64,000 bases of DNA, from positions 153,512,001-153,576,000 of the forward strand of contig OX597817.1 of assembly GCA_951406725.2 (NCBI GenBank), read 5' to 3'. This document shows positions 39,568 through 52,900 of the stretch, piece by piece. The stretch is from Octopus vulgaris (taxonomy: Eukaryota). How positions within the stretch are numbered: position 1 is the first letter of the stretch; each line of letters starts with the position of its first letter. The position numbers and the translations under genes were made by a program. The notes beneath the pieces are model-generated. The model had not been told where the DNA came from and ran no database searches. It saw nothing but the letters and a program-made list of their open reading frames with translations.

Positions 39568-39788
39568 ATGCGTGTGTATATGTTTATGTGTCTGTGTTTG
39601 TCCCCCCAACATCGCTTGACAACCGATGCTTGTGTGTTTACGTCCCAGTAACTTAGCGGTTTGGCGAAAGAGACCGATATAATAAGTACTAGGCTACAAA
39701 GAATAAGTCCTGGGGTCGATTTGCTCGCCTAAAGGCGGTGCTCTAGCATGACCACAGTCAAATGACTGACACAAGTAAAAGATTAAAA
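39295..39788 (+). mobile_element. SINE family A
   Basis: caggagtggctgtgtggtaag head and gtcaaatgactgacacaagtaaaag tail. Confidence 0.9.
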
Positions 39789-40289
39789 GGGTATATAGCA
39801 TATCCAAATAGTGTTATAGGTATTCTTCTATACAAGCCCCAATAAGAAAGCCGTACTTTAATGATCATCAGAAATGTAGGTTCCATATTTTTATGGATTG
39901 GTTTGTATATGCGTCTTGAAGGACCAGGTTTACTTTAGGCGCAGGGGCGTTGAATGGTTAAGAAGCTTACATCACAACTACGACGTTCCTAGTTCGATCC
40001 CATTGTGGAACATCTGGAGTAAATATTAATTTCTATCATTTGGGATGTCACCTTGTGAGTGAATTTTGCAGGCAAAACTGAGTAAAAGACCGTTGTGTGG
40101 ATTGTGTTAGTAATTCCAAAGATACGGCGCTGTTACACGCGCTGTTAATAATCACTCTTTCTGCTGAGAACCGTGTGGAGAGTACTTGTGATTTTGGAAT
40201 GACCAGCCATTTGTAGGCTAATTCGATGACCAGAATATTCAGTTGATGAAATAACTGAAGTCTCATCAACGAAAGGAAGAAAACAGTTG

Positions 40290-40337
<48 letters not shown>

Positions 40338-40448
40338 ACCAACCAACCAACCAACCAACCAACCAACCAACCAACCAACCAGCCAACAAGCAAACTAGCC
40401 AGCCAGCCAGCCAGCCAGCCAGCCAACCAGCCATATATGTATATATAT

Positions 40449-40680
40449 ATTTCTTTACTACCCACAAGGGGCTAAACATAGAGGGTACAAACAAGGACAG
40501 ACAAAGGGATTAAGTCGATTACATCGACCCCAGTGCGTAACTGGTACTTAATTTATCGACCCCGAAAGGATGAAAGGCAAAGTCGACCTCGGCGGAATTT
40601 GAACCCAGAACTCTTAACGGCAGACGAAATACGGCTACGCATTTCGCCCGGCGTGCTAACGTTTCTGCCAGCTCGCCGCC
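40449..40680 (-). mobile_element. SINE family B
   Basis: Full-length family-B motifs. Confidence 0.9.
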
Positions 40681-40692
40681 TTATTATATATG

Positions 40693-40780
<88 letters not shown>

Positions 40781-41253
40781 AAGGGGGAGGGAAAGATAGA
40801 TATAAATATATAGATATATTTATTCTGACAATAGGTTATGGTTTAAGGTAGTTTTGACTGCTATTTTTAGAAGGATGAGCGACTACTCAGAAAGCCTCTT
40901 CGCTGATTTGTAAAGACTTGGCGGAATGGCAGAAACAGTAAAATGCAGAAGCTTATTTCCTCTACATTCTGAATTTAGACCTCACTCGGGTCATCTTTTG
41001 TTTTCACGTTTGAGATCTTTAAAATAAATCCTACCCGGTGGACTTAATCCATCACTCGGTTTAACACCACCTTCTGGTCCTTGGTTGTCTTTAACAAAGA
41101 TATACCCTCCAGCCTTCAAGTATCTTGATGAAAATTTCGACCCTGGGTTCTCATTCCTAAGGTATTTTTCGATCTTGTTGTTGTTGTTGTTATCCTCCTC
41201 CTCCTCCTCCTCCTCCTCCTCCTCCTCATCATCATCATCATCATCATCCATCA

Positions 41254-41321
<68 letters not shown>

Positions 41322-42228
41322 TATTATTATTATTATTACTATTATTTATTATTATTATTACTATTATTACTATTATTATTATTATTATTATTATTATTAA
41401 AAGTCAAAATTAAAAGAAGAGTGCCATTGTTTTCTAGTGAACGATATTTCGACATCTTGTGTGTCTTCAACTGGTTCAAAAAATAATAGCTATTCTGACT
41501 ATTCTGGTCAGGTAAGCGGCTAGCGAATAATTCCTTCACTTGTGTCGAACCGTTACGGTAGGCCATGACAAAAAAAAAACGTGGAAAACTGCCATGCGCG
41601 GTGCAAAATCCACTTTGTTGCAAAATGTAAAAAAAATCGGAAGAAAAAAGAAAGAAAATTCAGTCACCTTAAAATATCATACTTCTGCCTATTAACGAAT
41701 GGAACACAAGGGGACTAACTCTTTCAAGGGGAATAATTAAATACATTACTAACTTGCTCAAATATCTTGAGTTCTCTCCCCTAAAAGTAACTGCATAGGT
41801 TTACGCAAATTATTCTAAGATATTGAAGTAAATTTATTTAGGAGCCAGTTATTTGGCAGCCAATTATTTCTTACGCTAAGTGTATAGTTTTACCATGACT
41901 TGTGTCCTTAATAAATACTTACTGATGATACTAAAGCAAAAATGAAATTTCCAGTGAAGCATCCACAGAAATTCTGCCAATTTTATATTTTGCATTTATA
42001 ATTTCCTATGGATTTTTTCTTTTATCAAATTAGGAGCAGGCATGGCTGTTTGGCCAAGAATCTGGCCCTCTGGAACCACGTGACTTTGAGTTTAGCTCCA
42101 CAGCGTGGAAGCTTTAACAAGTATCCTCTACTATAGCCACAGGTTGATTAAAGCCTTAAAAGTGAATTTGGTAGAAGGAAACTGCGTGGAAGCCCGCAGT
42201 GTGTGTGTATACATAATATATATATACA

Positions 42229-42307
<79 letters not shown>

Positions 42308-42366
42308 CATACATTATTTACGTTATTTACATTCGACGGATATTTGTCCTCATCTTGTTTGTTGTT

Positions 42367-42412
42367 AACACAACGTTTCGGCTGATATACCCTCCAGCCT
42401 TCATCAAGTGTC
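42367..42412 (-). ncRNA. Minimal hammerhead-like motif
   Basis: gacac-TTGATGA-a-ggctg-gagggtatat-cagcc-GAAACGT-T-gtgtt, with 5-bp stems I and II and a palindromic ACGT. Confidence 0.72.
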
Positions 42413-42546
42413 TTGAGGAAATTTCGAACCTGGGTTCTCATTCCTATGGTATTTTTTGATCTTGTTGCTGTTGTTGTTGTTGTTATTATTATTATTATTA
42501 TTATTATCATTATTATCATTATTATTATCATTATTATTATTATTAC

Positions 42547-42604
<58 letters not shown>

Positions 42605-42614
42605 ATTATTATTA

Positions 42615-43546
42615 CTTTTTTTTTCTTCTTTCAAATTTGCTTCCATTTCTTGCCGAGTGTCTTCCCGACACCTAGGGCAAAGAAACTCATAGTATATATT
42701 GGTAGGCCATTAAACCAAACTCAGTAGTTCGTTCATTTTTTTTAATTTTTTTTTTTTTTAAAGTTAAATTAAAATACATGAGCAGCAACAGTTCTCACAT
42801 CGACAATGCTCTTCTCAATACGTGTGATGTACCAGTTAAGACAATCTTTTGCACTTCTTGCAGGGATGGTAAGCCAGGGATCATTCTCATATAATTTTCG
42901 GTTCCCTTCTTGATCATTCCTAGTGCTCCTACGATCACTGGTATTGTAACCGCCTTGAGATGCCACATTTTCTCAATTTCAATGAGTAGGTCTTTATATT
43001 TTCTGAGCTTGTCAAACTCTTTCGCCGAGTTATTATGATCACAGGGGATGCTCATGTCGATCAATAAGCAAACTTTATTGTTTTGGTCTTTCACAACAAT
43101 ATCTGGTTTATTGGCCTTGATGGTTCGGTCTGTATGTACTGGAAAGTCCCACAGAATGGTTACATTTTCTCCTTCAGTTACAGCCTCAGGGTGGTGATTA
43201 TACCACTTGTCGGCAGTTTTGATATTGTAATGCCGACTTATTAGCCAGTGGAGATATTGGCCAACTCTGTCATGTCTTAATTTATACTCCACTGGTGCTA
43301 AGACTTTACATCCAGAGATTAGGTGGTCCACTGTTTCAATCATGTCGTTGCAGAATCGGCATTTTGGGTCTGCTCCATTTTTCATCACATTGGCCTGGTA
43401 GTTCCGGGTTAATAGGCTTTGATCTTGAGCAGCCAGGATGAAACCTTCGCTCTCTGCTTTTAGCCCTGAGCTCCGTAGCCACTGATGGGTTTGCTTCTGG
43501 TCAACATCAGCTTGTTTGCTGCGGGTCACATATTTGCCGTGCAGAG

Positions 43547-43547
<1 letters not shown>
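42615..43547 (-). mobile_element. 5'-truncated R4/Dong-clade non-LTR retrotransposon in (TAA)n
   Basis: Open frame 42795-43547, a 3'UTR, an A-rich end, and (TAA)n on both sides. Confidence 0.9.
42795..43547 (-). CDS. C-terminal CCHC zinc knuckle plus restriction-like endonuclease of an R4/Dong LINE (truncated, no start)
   Basis: HGKY...AAQDQSL.TRNY...CRFCNDMIETVDHLISGC...RHD...LWDF...KPDIVV...IDMSIP...K..KYKDL...PVIVGALG, uninterrupted for ~250 aa. Confidence 0.88.
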
Positions 43548-43594
<47 letters not shown>

Positions 43595-43879
43595 AGTCAA
43601 AATTAAAAGAAGAGTGCCATTGTTATCTAGTGAACGATATTTCGACATCTTGTGTGTCTTCAACTGTTCAAAAAGTAACTTTACCAATCTACTTCATTTT
43701 GGTTAATATAGAAAGGATTGAGGTAGCTCCTCCAGAAGATATAGCAAAAAAGGAAGATATGTATTTGAATTTTTCTTGTTATATTTCATATTTAAATACA
43801 GACATTTTTATTCTGAAGTATAATTTTATGTCTTATGAATTGTATTTGACATTATAGACTTGACATTACAAGGTTGATA

Positions 43880-44273
43880 TCTATATATATAAAAGTGAAG
43901 TTGTGTGAGTGTCTGTCTCCTACGATTTAGATTCCTAACTACTCCCACATTTTGCGGTGCAGTTTAACCAAAACCGGGTATCTTATAGTTGTGATTCATA
44001 TCGAGCCCTTCTGGGTATTAGCGCGCGTCTACGATGAGTTTACGATTTTTAAAATAATTTAACATAATTGTTTTCCATTTTAAAGCATATTTTTTAAATA
44101 AAGGGAAGTAACTCTCTAAAAATGTCTAGGATGAGTCAACGATTTAAAAAAATTTACCATAATTTTTTTTCCATTTTTAATGCATTTTTTGCTGTTTTTT
44201 GGCTATAACTCTCTAAAAATGCTTTATAGTTATTTCCCTTACAAACCCGAGCAACGCCGGGCGATACTGCTAG
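43880..44273 (+). mobile_element. Non-autonomous Helitron
   Basis: A|TCtatatatataaaa 5' end. The 3' end has the hairpin cccgagcaacgccggg then CTAG|T. No TSD. Confidence 0.88.
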
Positions 44274-44485
44274 TATATACTAATTCATATTTATAATGCA
44301 TAATTTGTAAAATTTAATTCTTAATATTATAAAGTATAATTTTTATGTTTAATTTTTAATTTTTGATCTTCAATGCTTAAATTTATTGCTTATTTTTTAA
44401 AGGGGTGTAAAATTAGATTTATAATATTTTGAAAAGGAACCTGAAAATGTGTTGGAATAATTGTAAATCTGATGATTGCATATTT

Positions 44486-44520
<35 letters not shown>

Positions 44521-44890
44521 CTCTTACTCTTTTACTCTTTTACTTGTTTCAGTCTGGAGCACCGCCTTTAGTCGAGCAAATCGACCCCGGGACTTATTCT
44601 TTGTAAGCCTAGTACTTATTCTATCAGTCTCTTTTGCCGAACCGCTAAGTGACGGGGACGTAAACACATCAGCATCGGTTGTCAAGCAATGCTAGGGAGA
44701 CAAACACAGACACACAAACACACATACATATATATATATACATATATACGACAGGGTTCTTTCAGTTTCCGTCTACCAAATCCACTCACAAGGCATTGGT
44801 CGGCCCGGGGCTATAGCAGAAGACACTTGCCCAAGATGCCACGCAGTGGGACTGAACCCGGAACCATATGGTTGTTTAGCAAGCTACTTA

Positions 44891-44895
<5 letters not shown>
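44521..44895 (-). mobile_element. SINE family A
   Basis: Family-A body with the head truncated by (CA)n. Confidence 0.88.
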
Positions 44896-44978
<83 letters not shown>

Positions 44979-45084
44979 ACGTTCGTAGTGTGCTAAGTTT
45001 TTCTTGAGAACAATTTTTAGTAGTTAGCGTAAGGTCGTCCACTTTAGTGGATTCTCTCTCATATGTGTGTGTATATATATATAC

Positions 45085-45167
<83 letters not shown>

Positions 45168-45632
45168 GTGAATGTATACATATTGTAATCTTCCAATACT
45201 GAAACGCTTGTAGTTCCTTCATAATCAATAAATTTAAGTGTTAACTAAAGCAGGAGATAATTAAGGAATTATAGTATATACAATGCTGGTATAATGGTTA
45301 TGTCCTTTAAGTATTATTTCGTGATGTGCAAAGTGATACCATGAGTTTACTTTCAGATATACTCATTAGGCATTTTTTTTGTATTATCTGAAATAGAATG
45401 CCCGCATATCTATTAATCCCACCAAACTGAATTATTATTAATTTTTATTAGATACTTTAGATAAATATATAAATATATGATAAATAAGACCCCATATAAA
45501 CTGTGACTCCAATGTTTATACTAGCCCAGGTACTACTGACGCAGTACCTGATGATGCTGAGATAAATTTAAATGATACTATAGTTGAAAGCAGTATAAAT
45601 AATAGCAGTAATAGCAATGCTGATAATAATTA

Positions 45633-45710
<78 letters not shown>

Positions 45711-45749
45711 CAATGATAGGAACACAATAATATTAATAATAGTAATGAT

Positions 45750-46166
45750 CCCTGTTGTAATTGTAGCGTTAAATTCCATTGCTCGTTATTAGGTCGATGT
45801 TTAAACCCAAAACGTAATTTATAGATGTACAATTGTGACTGAAGCTGACAATTTTATATATATTGGATGTCCGATAAATATGAAAAATGCATTAATAACC
45901 ATTTTTCATCGTTTAGACTTAGACATAAAGCTAATAGTACGTCTTTATCTAGTAAGATCTGGGAACTTAAAGAAAGCGGGACCGGATTTAGCTTTAAATG
46001 GGATATAATACGGAGGACGCAGCTTTATAAAGATAGTCGATACGGGTATGAGCTTTGCTCTATGGAAATTCATGAGATTTTTAAGTACAGAGACAAGAAC
46101 AACCTGATTAATAATACATTAGAGCTAAGGGTATCATGCAAGCACAGCATCGCACGCACATTTTAG
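45750..46166 (+). pseudogene. Penelope-like element GIY-YIG endonuclease remnant
   Basis: With frameshifts: CNCSVKFHCSLLGRCL / NVIYRCTIVTEADNFIYIGC / HFSSFRLRHKANSTSLSSKIWELK...KWDII...ELCSME...LINNTLELRVSCKH, matching the PLE C-terminal pattern. Confidence 0.85.
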
Positions 46167-46351
46167 TATTTTGGAACTTAATAACATTACAGTTATCACA
46201 CTTGAAATTTGATGGTGGAAATTAACTTTAGTGTCGTATCCGTTATAACTTACTCTCTAGTACAAAATATAGGATATTATGTTATATGGTATAATGTATT
46301 ACATTACATATGTTATACTCTATGTGTTATGTTATGTAAAGATAAAAAAAA

Positions 46352-46594
46352 TAAATACACCCTTTTAAAGCCTAGCCAGGCTCATGGGCCCGGTTTCCCG
46401 GTTTCTATGGCGTATGTGTTCCCCAGCTGGACGGTCCATCGCAGCGTTACTCATTATTGCCAGCTGAGTCGACTGGATCAATGTGAAATGAAGTGTTTTG
46501 CGCAAGAACACGACGCGTCGCCCGGTCCAGGAATCGAAACTATAATATTACGATGATGATGCTGATAACCTAACCACTAAGCCACGCGCTTCCA
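46352..46594 (-). mobile_element. tRNA-derived SINE family D (CORE/V-like)
   Basis: Minus gcgcgtggcttagtggttagg (A box), gtttcgattcc (B box), gtgttcttgcgcaaaacactt, and a (TTTA) tail. Confidence 0.85.
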
Positions 46595-46981
46595 CGTTAT
46601 GTTATATGGTGCATTACATGTATTATCCCACGATAACTCCATGTCTAGTTAGTTTAACTTCATCCTATTTTGATGATTACACTATTTTTTCCTTCTGTGA
46701 ATTTCTACCCTAATAGCCACATTATGTATATTTGTAGTGAGTTTGTGATAGCAAGTTTCTTTCACTAAATTTTATACCCTCTAGGAACTATACAATCATA
46801 CATACAATAACATTTGCAATATTACAACTTATAAAACCTATTCGGTTGGAATACCTTTAACTGCCGTCATTACTTCCATATCTATTAACTTCCTTTTTAA
46901 TGTTACCTTTATCTTTCCCTGCCTTTAAATTCAATCCCCTGTCTCTTTATAGGTATTTTATATGTATTTCTTCAAATTTAA

Positions 46982-49900
46982 AAAAATGTTTCATGAAAAT
47001 GTTTGATTAAAATATTTGATGAAAATGTTTGATGATAAATGTTTGATGAAAAATGTTTGATAAAATTGTTTGAGGAGAATGTTTCGTCAAAATATTTGAA
47101 AATGTCTGATGAAAATGTTTGAAAAAACGTTTGATGAAAATATTTGATGAAAATGTTTGATGAAAATGTTTGATGAAAAAGTTTGATTAAAATATATAAA
47201 AATGTTTGATGATAAATGTTTGATGAAAAATGTTTGATGAAAATATTTGATAAAAATGTTTGAGGAAAATGTTTGATAAAAATGTTTGATGAAAATGTTT
47301 GATGAAAATGTTTGATGAAAATGTTTGATGAAAATGTTTGATGAAAATGTTTCATGAAATATAATTCAGGAAAATGTTTGATGAAAATGTTTGATGAAAA
47401 TATTTCATGAAAATATTTGATCAAAATGTTTAATGAAATGTTTGATGAAAATGTTTGATGATAAATGTTTGATGAAAAATGTGTGATGGAATTGTTTGAG
47501 GAGAATGTTTGATGAAATTGTTTAATGAAAGTGTTTGATGAAAATGTTTGATTAAAATATTTGATGAAAATGTTTGATAATAAATGTTTCATGAAAAATG
47601 TTTGATGTAATCGTTTGAGGAGAATGTTTAATGAAATTATTTGAAAATGTTTGATTAAAATGTTTGATGAAATTTTTTGATGAAAATGTTTGATGAAAAT
47701 GTTTGATGAAAATGTTTCATTAAAATATATGATGAAAATGTTTGTTGATAAATGTTTGATGAAAAATGTTTGATGAAATTGTTTGAGGAGAAAGTTTGAT
47801 GAAAATATTTGAAAATGTTTGATGAAATATATTTGATGAAAATGTTTGATGAAAATGTTTGATGAAAAATGTTTGATGAAATTGTTTGAGGAGAATGTTT
47901 GATGAAATTGTTTAATGAAAGTGTTTGATGAAAATGTTTGATTAAAATATTTGATGAAAATGTTTGATGAAAATGTTTGATGAAATATATTTGATGAAAA
48001 TGTTTGATGAAAATGTTTGATGAAAAATGTTTGATGAAATTGTTTGAGGAGAATGTTTGATGAAATTGTTTAATGAAAGTGTTTGATGAAAATGATTGAT
48101 TAATATGTTTGATAAAAATGTTTGATGATAAATGTTTCATGAAAATGTTTGATGAAAATGTTTGATGAAAATGTTTCATGAAATTATTTGAAAATGTTTG
48201 ATGAAAATGTTTGATAAATATGTTTGATGAAAATGTTTGATGAAAATGTTTGATGAAATTGTTTCATGAAAAAAGTTTGATGAAAATGTTTGATGAAAAT
48301 GTCTGATGAAAATGTTTGATGGAATTGTCTAATAAATGTGTTTGATGAAAATGTTTGATTAAAATATTTGATGAAAATGTTTGATGATAAATGTTTGATG
48401 AAAAATGTTTGATGAAATTGTTTGAGGAGAATGTTTGATGAAATTGTTTAATGAAAGTGTTTGATGAAAATGTTTGATTAAAATATTTGATGAAAATGTT
48501 TGATAATAAATGTTTCATGAAAAATGTTTGATGTAATCGTTTGAGGAGAATGTTTAATGAAATTATTTGAAAATGTTTGATGAAAATGTTTGATTAAAAT
48601 GTTTGATGAAATTTTTTGATGAAAATGTTTGATGAAAAATGTTTGAAAATGTTTGATGAAATATATTTGATGAAAATGTTTGATGAAAATGTTTGATGAA
48701 ATATATATGATGAAAATGTTTGATGAAAATGTTTGATGAAATATATTTGATGAAAATGTTTGATGAAAATGTTTGATGAAAAATGTTTGATGAAATTGTT
48801 TGAGGAGAATGTTTGATGAAATTGTTTAATGAAAGTGTTTGATGAAAATGTTTGATTAAAATATTTGATGAAAATGTTTGATGATAAATGTTTCATGAAA
48901 AATGTTTGATGAAATCGTTTGAGGAGAATGTTTCATGAAATTATTTGAAAATGTTTGATGAAATATATTTCAGGAAAATGTTTGATGAAAATGTTTGATA
49001 AATATGTTTGATGAAAATGTTTGATGAAAATGTTTGATGAAATTGTTTCATGAAAAAAGTTTGATGAAAATGTTTGATGAAAATGTCTGATGAAAATGTT
49101 TGATGAAATTGTCTAATGAATGTGTTTCATGAAAATGTTTGATTAAAATATTTGATGAAAATGTTTGATGATAAATGTTTGATGAAAAATGTTTGATGAA
49201 ATTGTTTGAGGAGAATGTTTGATGAAAATATTTGATAAAAATGTTTGAGGAAAATGTTTGATAAAAATGTTTGATGAAAATGTTTGATGAAAATGTTTGA
49301 TGAAAATATTTGATGAAAATGTTTGATGAAAATGTTTGATGAAATATATTTCAGGAAAATGTTTGATGAAAATGTTTGATAAAAATATTTCATGAAAATA
49401 TTTGATCAAAATGTTTAATGAAAATGTTTGATGAAAATGTTTGATGATAAATGTTTGATGAAAAATGTGTGATGGAATTGTTTGAGGAGAATGTTTGATG
49501 AAATTGTTTAATGAAAGTGTTTGATGAAAATGTTTGATTAAAATATTTGATGAAAATGTTTGATAATAAAGGTTTCATGAAAAATGTTTGATGTAATCGT
49601 TTGAGGAGAATGTTTAATGAAATTATTTGAAAATGTTTGATGAAAATGTTTGATTAAAATGTTTGATGAAATTTTTTGTTGAAAATGATTGATGAAAATG
49701 TTTGATGAAAATGTTTCATTAAAATATATGATGAAAATGTTTGTTGATAAATGTTTGATTAAAAATGTTTGATGAAATTGTTTGAGGAGAAAGTTTGATG
49801 AAAATATTTGAAAATGTTTGATGAAATATATTTGATGAAAATGTTTGATGAAAATGTTTGATGAAAAATGTTTGATGAAATTGTTTGAGGAGAATGTTTG

Positions 49901-52900
49901 ATGAAATTGTTTGATGAAAATGTTTGATGAAAATGTTTGATGAAAATATTTGATGAAAATGTTTGATGAAAATGTTTGATGAAATATATTTGATGAAAAT
50001 GTTTGATGAAAATGTTTGATGAAAATTGTTTGATGAAATTGTTTGAGGAGAATGTTTGATGAAATTGTTTAATGAAAGTGTTTGATGAAAATGTTTGATT
50101 AAAATATTTGATGAAAATGTTTCATGATAAATGTTTCATGAAAAATGTTTGATGAAATCGTATGAGAATGTTTCATGAAATTATTTGAAAATGTTTGATG
50201 AAAATGTTTGATAAATATGTTTGATGAAAATGTTTGATGAAAATGTTTGATGAAATTGTTTCATGAAAAAAGTTTGATGAAAATGTTTGATGAAAATGTC
50301 TGACGAAAATGTTTGATGAAATTGTCTAATGAATGTGTTTGATGAAAATGTTTGATTAAAATATTTGATGAAAATATTTGATGATAAATGTTTGACGAAA
50401 AATATTTGATGAAATTGTTTGAGGAGAATGTTTGATGAAATTGTTTAATGAAAGTGTTTGATGAAAATGTTTGATTAAAATATTTGATGAAAATGTTTGA
50501 TAATAAAGGTTTCATGAAAAATGTTTGATGTAATCGTTTGAGGAGAATGTTTAATGAAATTATTTGAAAATGTTTCATGAAAATGTTTGATTAAAATGTT
50601 TGATGACATTTTTTGATGAAAATGTTTGATGAAAATGTTTGATGAAAATGTTTCATTAAAATATATGATGAAAATGTTTGTAGATAAATGTTTGGTGAAA
50701 AATGTTTGATGAAATTGTTTGAGGAGAAAGTTTGATGAAAATATTTGAAAATGTTTGATGAAAATATTTGATGAAAATGTTTGATGAAAATGTTTGATGA
50801 AAATATTTGATGAAAATGTTTGATGAAAATGTTTGATGAAAATATTTGATGAAAATGTTTGATGAAAATGTTTGATGAAAAATGTTTGATGAAATTGTTT
50901 GATGAGAATGTTTGATGAAAATGTTTGATGAAATTGTTTGATGAAAATGTTTGATTAAAATATTTGATGAAAATGTTTGATGATAAATGTTTCATGAAAA
51001 ATGTTTGATGAAATCGTTTGAGGAGAATGTTTGATGAAATTGTTTAATGAAAGTGTTTGATGAAAATATTTGTTTAAAATATTTGATGAAAATGTTTGAT
51101 GATAAATGTTTGATGAAAAATGTTTGATGAAATCGTTTGAGGAGAATGTTTAATGAAATTATTTTGAAAATGTTTGATGAAAATGTCTGATGAAAATGTT
51201 TGATGAAAATGTTTAATGAATGTGTTTGATGAAAATGTTTGATGAAAATATTTGATGAAAATGTTTGATGAAAATGTTTGATGATAAATGTTTGATGAAA
51301 ATGTTTAATGAATGTGTTTGATGAAAATGTTTGATTAAAATATTTGATGAAAATGTTTGATGAAAATGTTTGATGATAAATGTTTGATGAAAAACGTTTG
51401 ATGGAATTGTTTGAGAATGTTTGATGAAATTATTTGAAAATGTTTGATGAAAATGTTTGATAAAAATGTTTGATGAAAATGTTTGATGAAATTGTTTCAT
51501 GATTAATGTTTCATGAAAAAAGTTTGATAAATATGTTTGATGAAAATGTCTGATGAAAATGTTTGATGAAATTGTCTAATGAATGTGTTTGATGAAAATG
51601 TTTGATTAAATATTTGATGAAAATGTTTGATGATAAATGTTTGATGAAAAATGTTTGATGAACATGTGTGATGAAAATGTCTGATGAAAATGTTTGATGA
51701 AAATGTTTAATGAATGTGTTTGATGAAAATGCTTGATTAAAATATTTGATGAAAATGTTTGATGAAAATGTTTGATGATAAATGTTTCATGAAAAATGTT
51801 TGATGTAATCGTTTGAGGAGAATGTTTAATGAAATTATTTGAAAATGTTTGATGGAAATGTTTGATAAAAATGTTTAATGAAATTTTTTTGATGAAAATG
51901 TTTGATGAAAATGTTTTATGAAAATGTATGATTAAAATGTATGATGAACATGTTTGTTGATAAATGTTTGATGAAAAATGTTTGATGAAATTGTTTGGGG
52001 AGAATGTTTGATGAAAATATTTGAAAATGTTTGATGAAATATATTTGATGAAAATGTTTGATGAAAATGTTTGATGAAATATATTTGATGAAAATGTTTG
52101 ATGAAAATGTTTGATGAAAATATTTGATGAAATATATTTGATGAAAATGTTTGATGAAAATGTTTGAAGATAAATGTTTGATGAAAATATTTGATGAAAA
52201 TGTTTGATGAAAATGTTTGGTGAAATGGTTGATGAAAATATTTGATGGAATTGTTTGAGAATGTTTGATGAAAATATTCGATAATGTTTGATGAAAATGT
52301 TTGATGAAAATGTTTGATGAAATTGTTTAATGAAAGTGTTTGATGAAAATGTTTGATTAAAATATTTGATGAAAATAGTTGATGATAAATGTTTCATGAA
52401 AAATGTTTGATGAAATCGTTTGAGGAGAATTTTTAATGAAATTATTTGAAAATGTTTGATGAAAATGTTTGATAAAAATGTTTGATGAAATTTTTTGATG
52501 AAAATGTTTCATGAAAATGTTTAATGAAAATGTTTGATGAAAATGTCTGATGAAAATGTTTAATATGATAAAAATGTTTGATAAAAATATTTGATGATAA
52601 TGTCTGATGAAAATGTTTGATGAAAATATCTGAAAATGTTTGATGAAAATGTCTGATGAAAATGTTTGATGAAAATGTTTGGTGAAAATGTTTCATGAAA
52701 ATGTTTGATGAAAATGTCTGAAAATGTTTGATGAAAATGTCTGATGAAAATGTCTGAAAATGTTTAATGAAAATGTCTGAAAATATTTGATGAATATGTC
52801 TGATGAAAATGTCTGGTGAAAATGTCTGATGAAAATGTTTGATGAAAATATTTGATGAAAATGTTTGATGAAAATGTTTGATGAAATTGTTTAATGAAAG

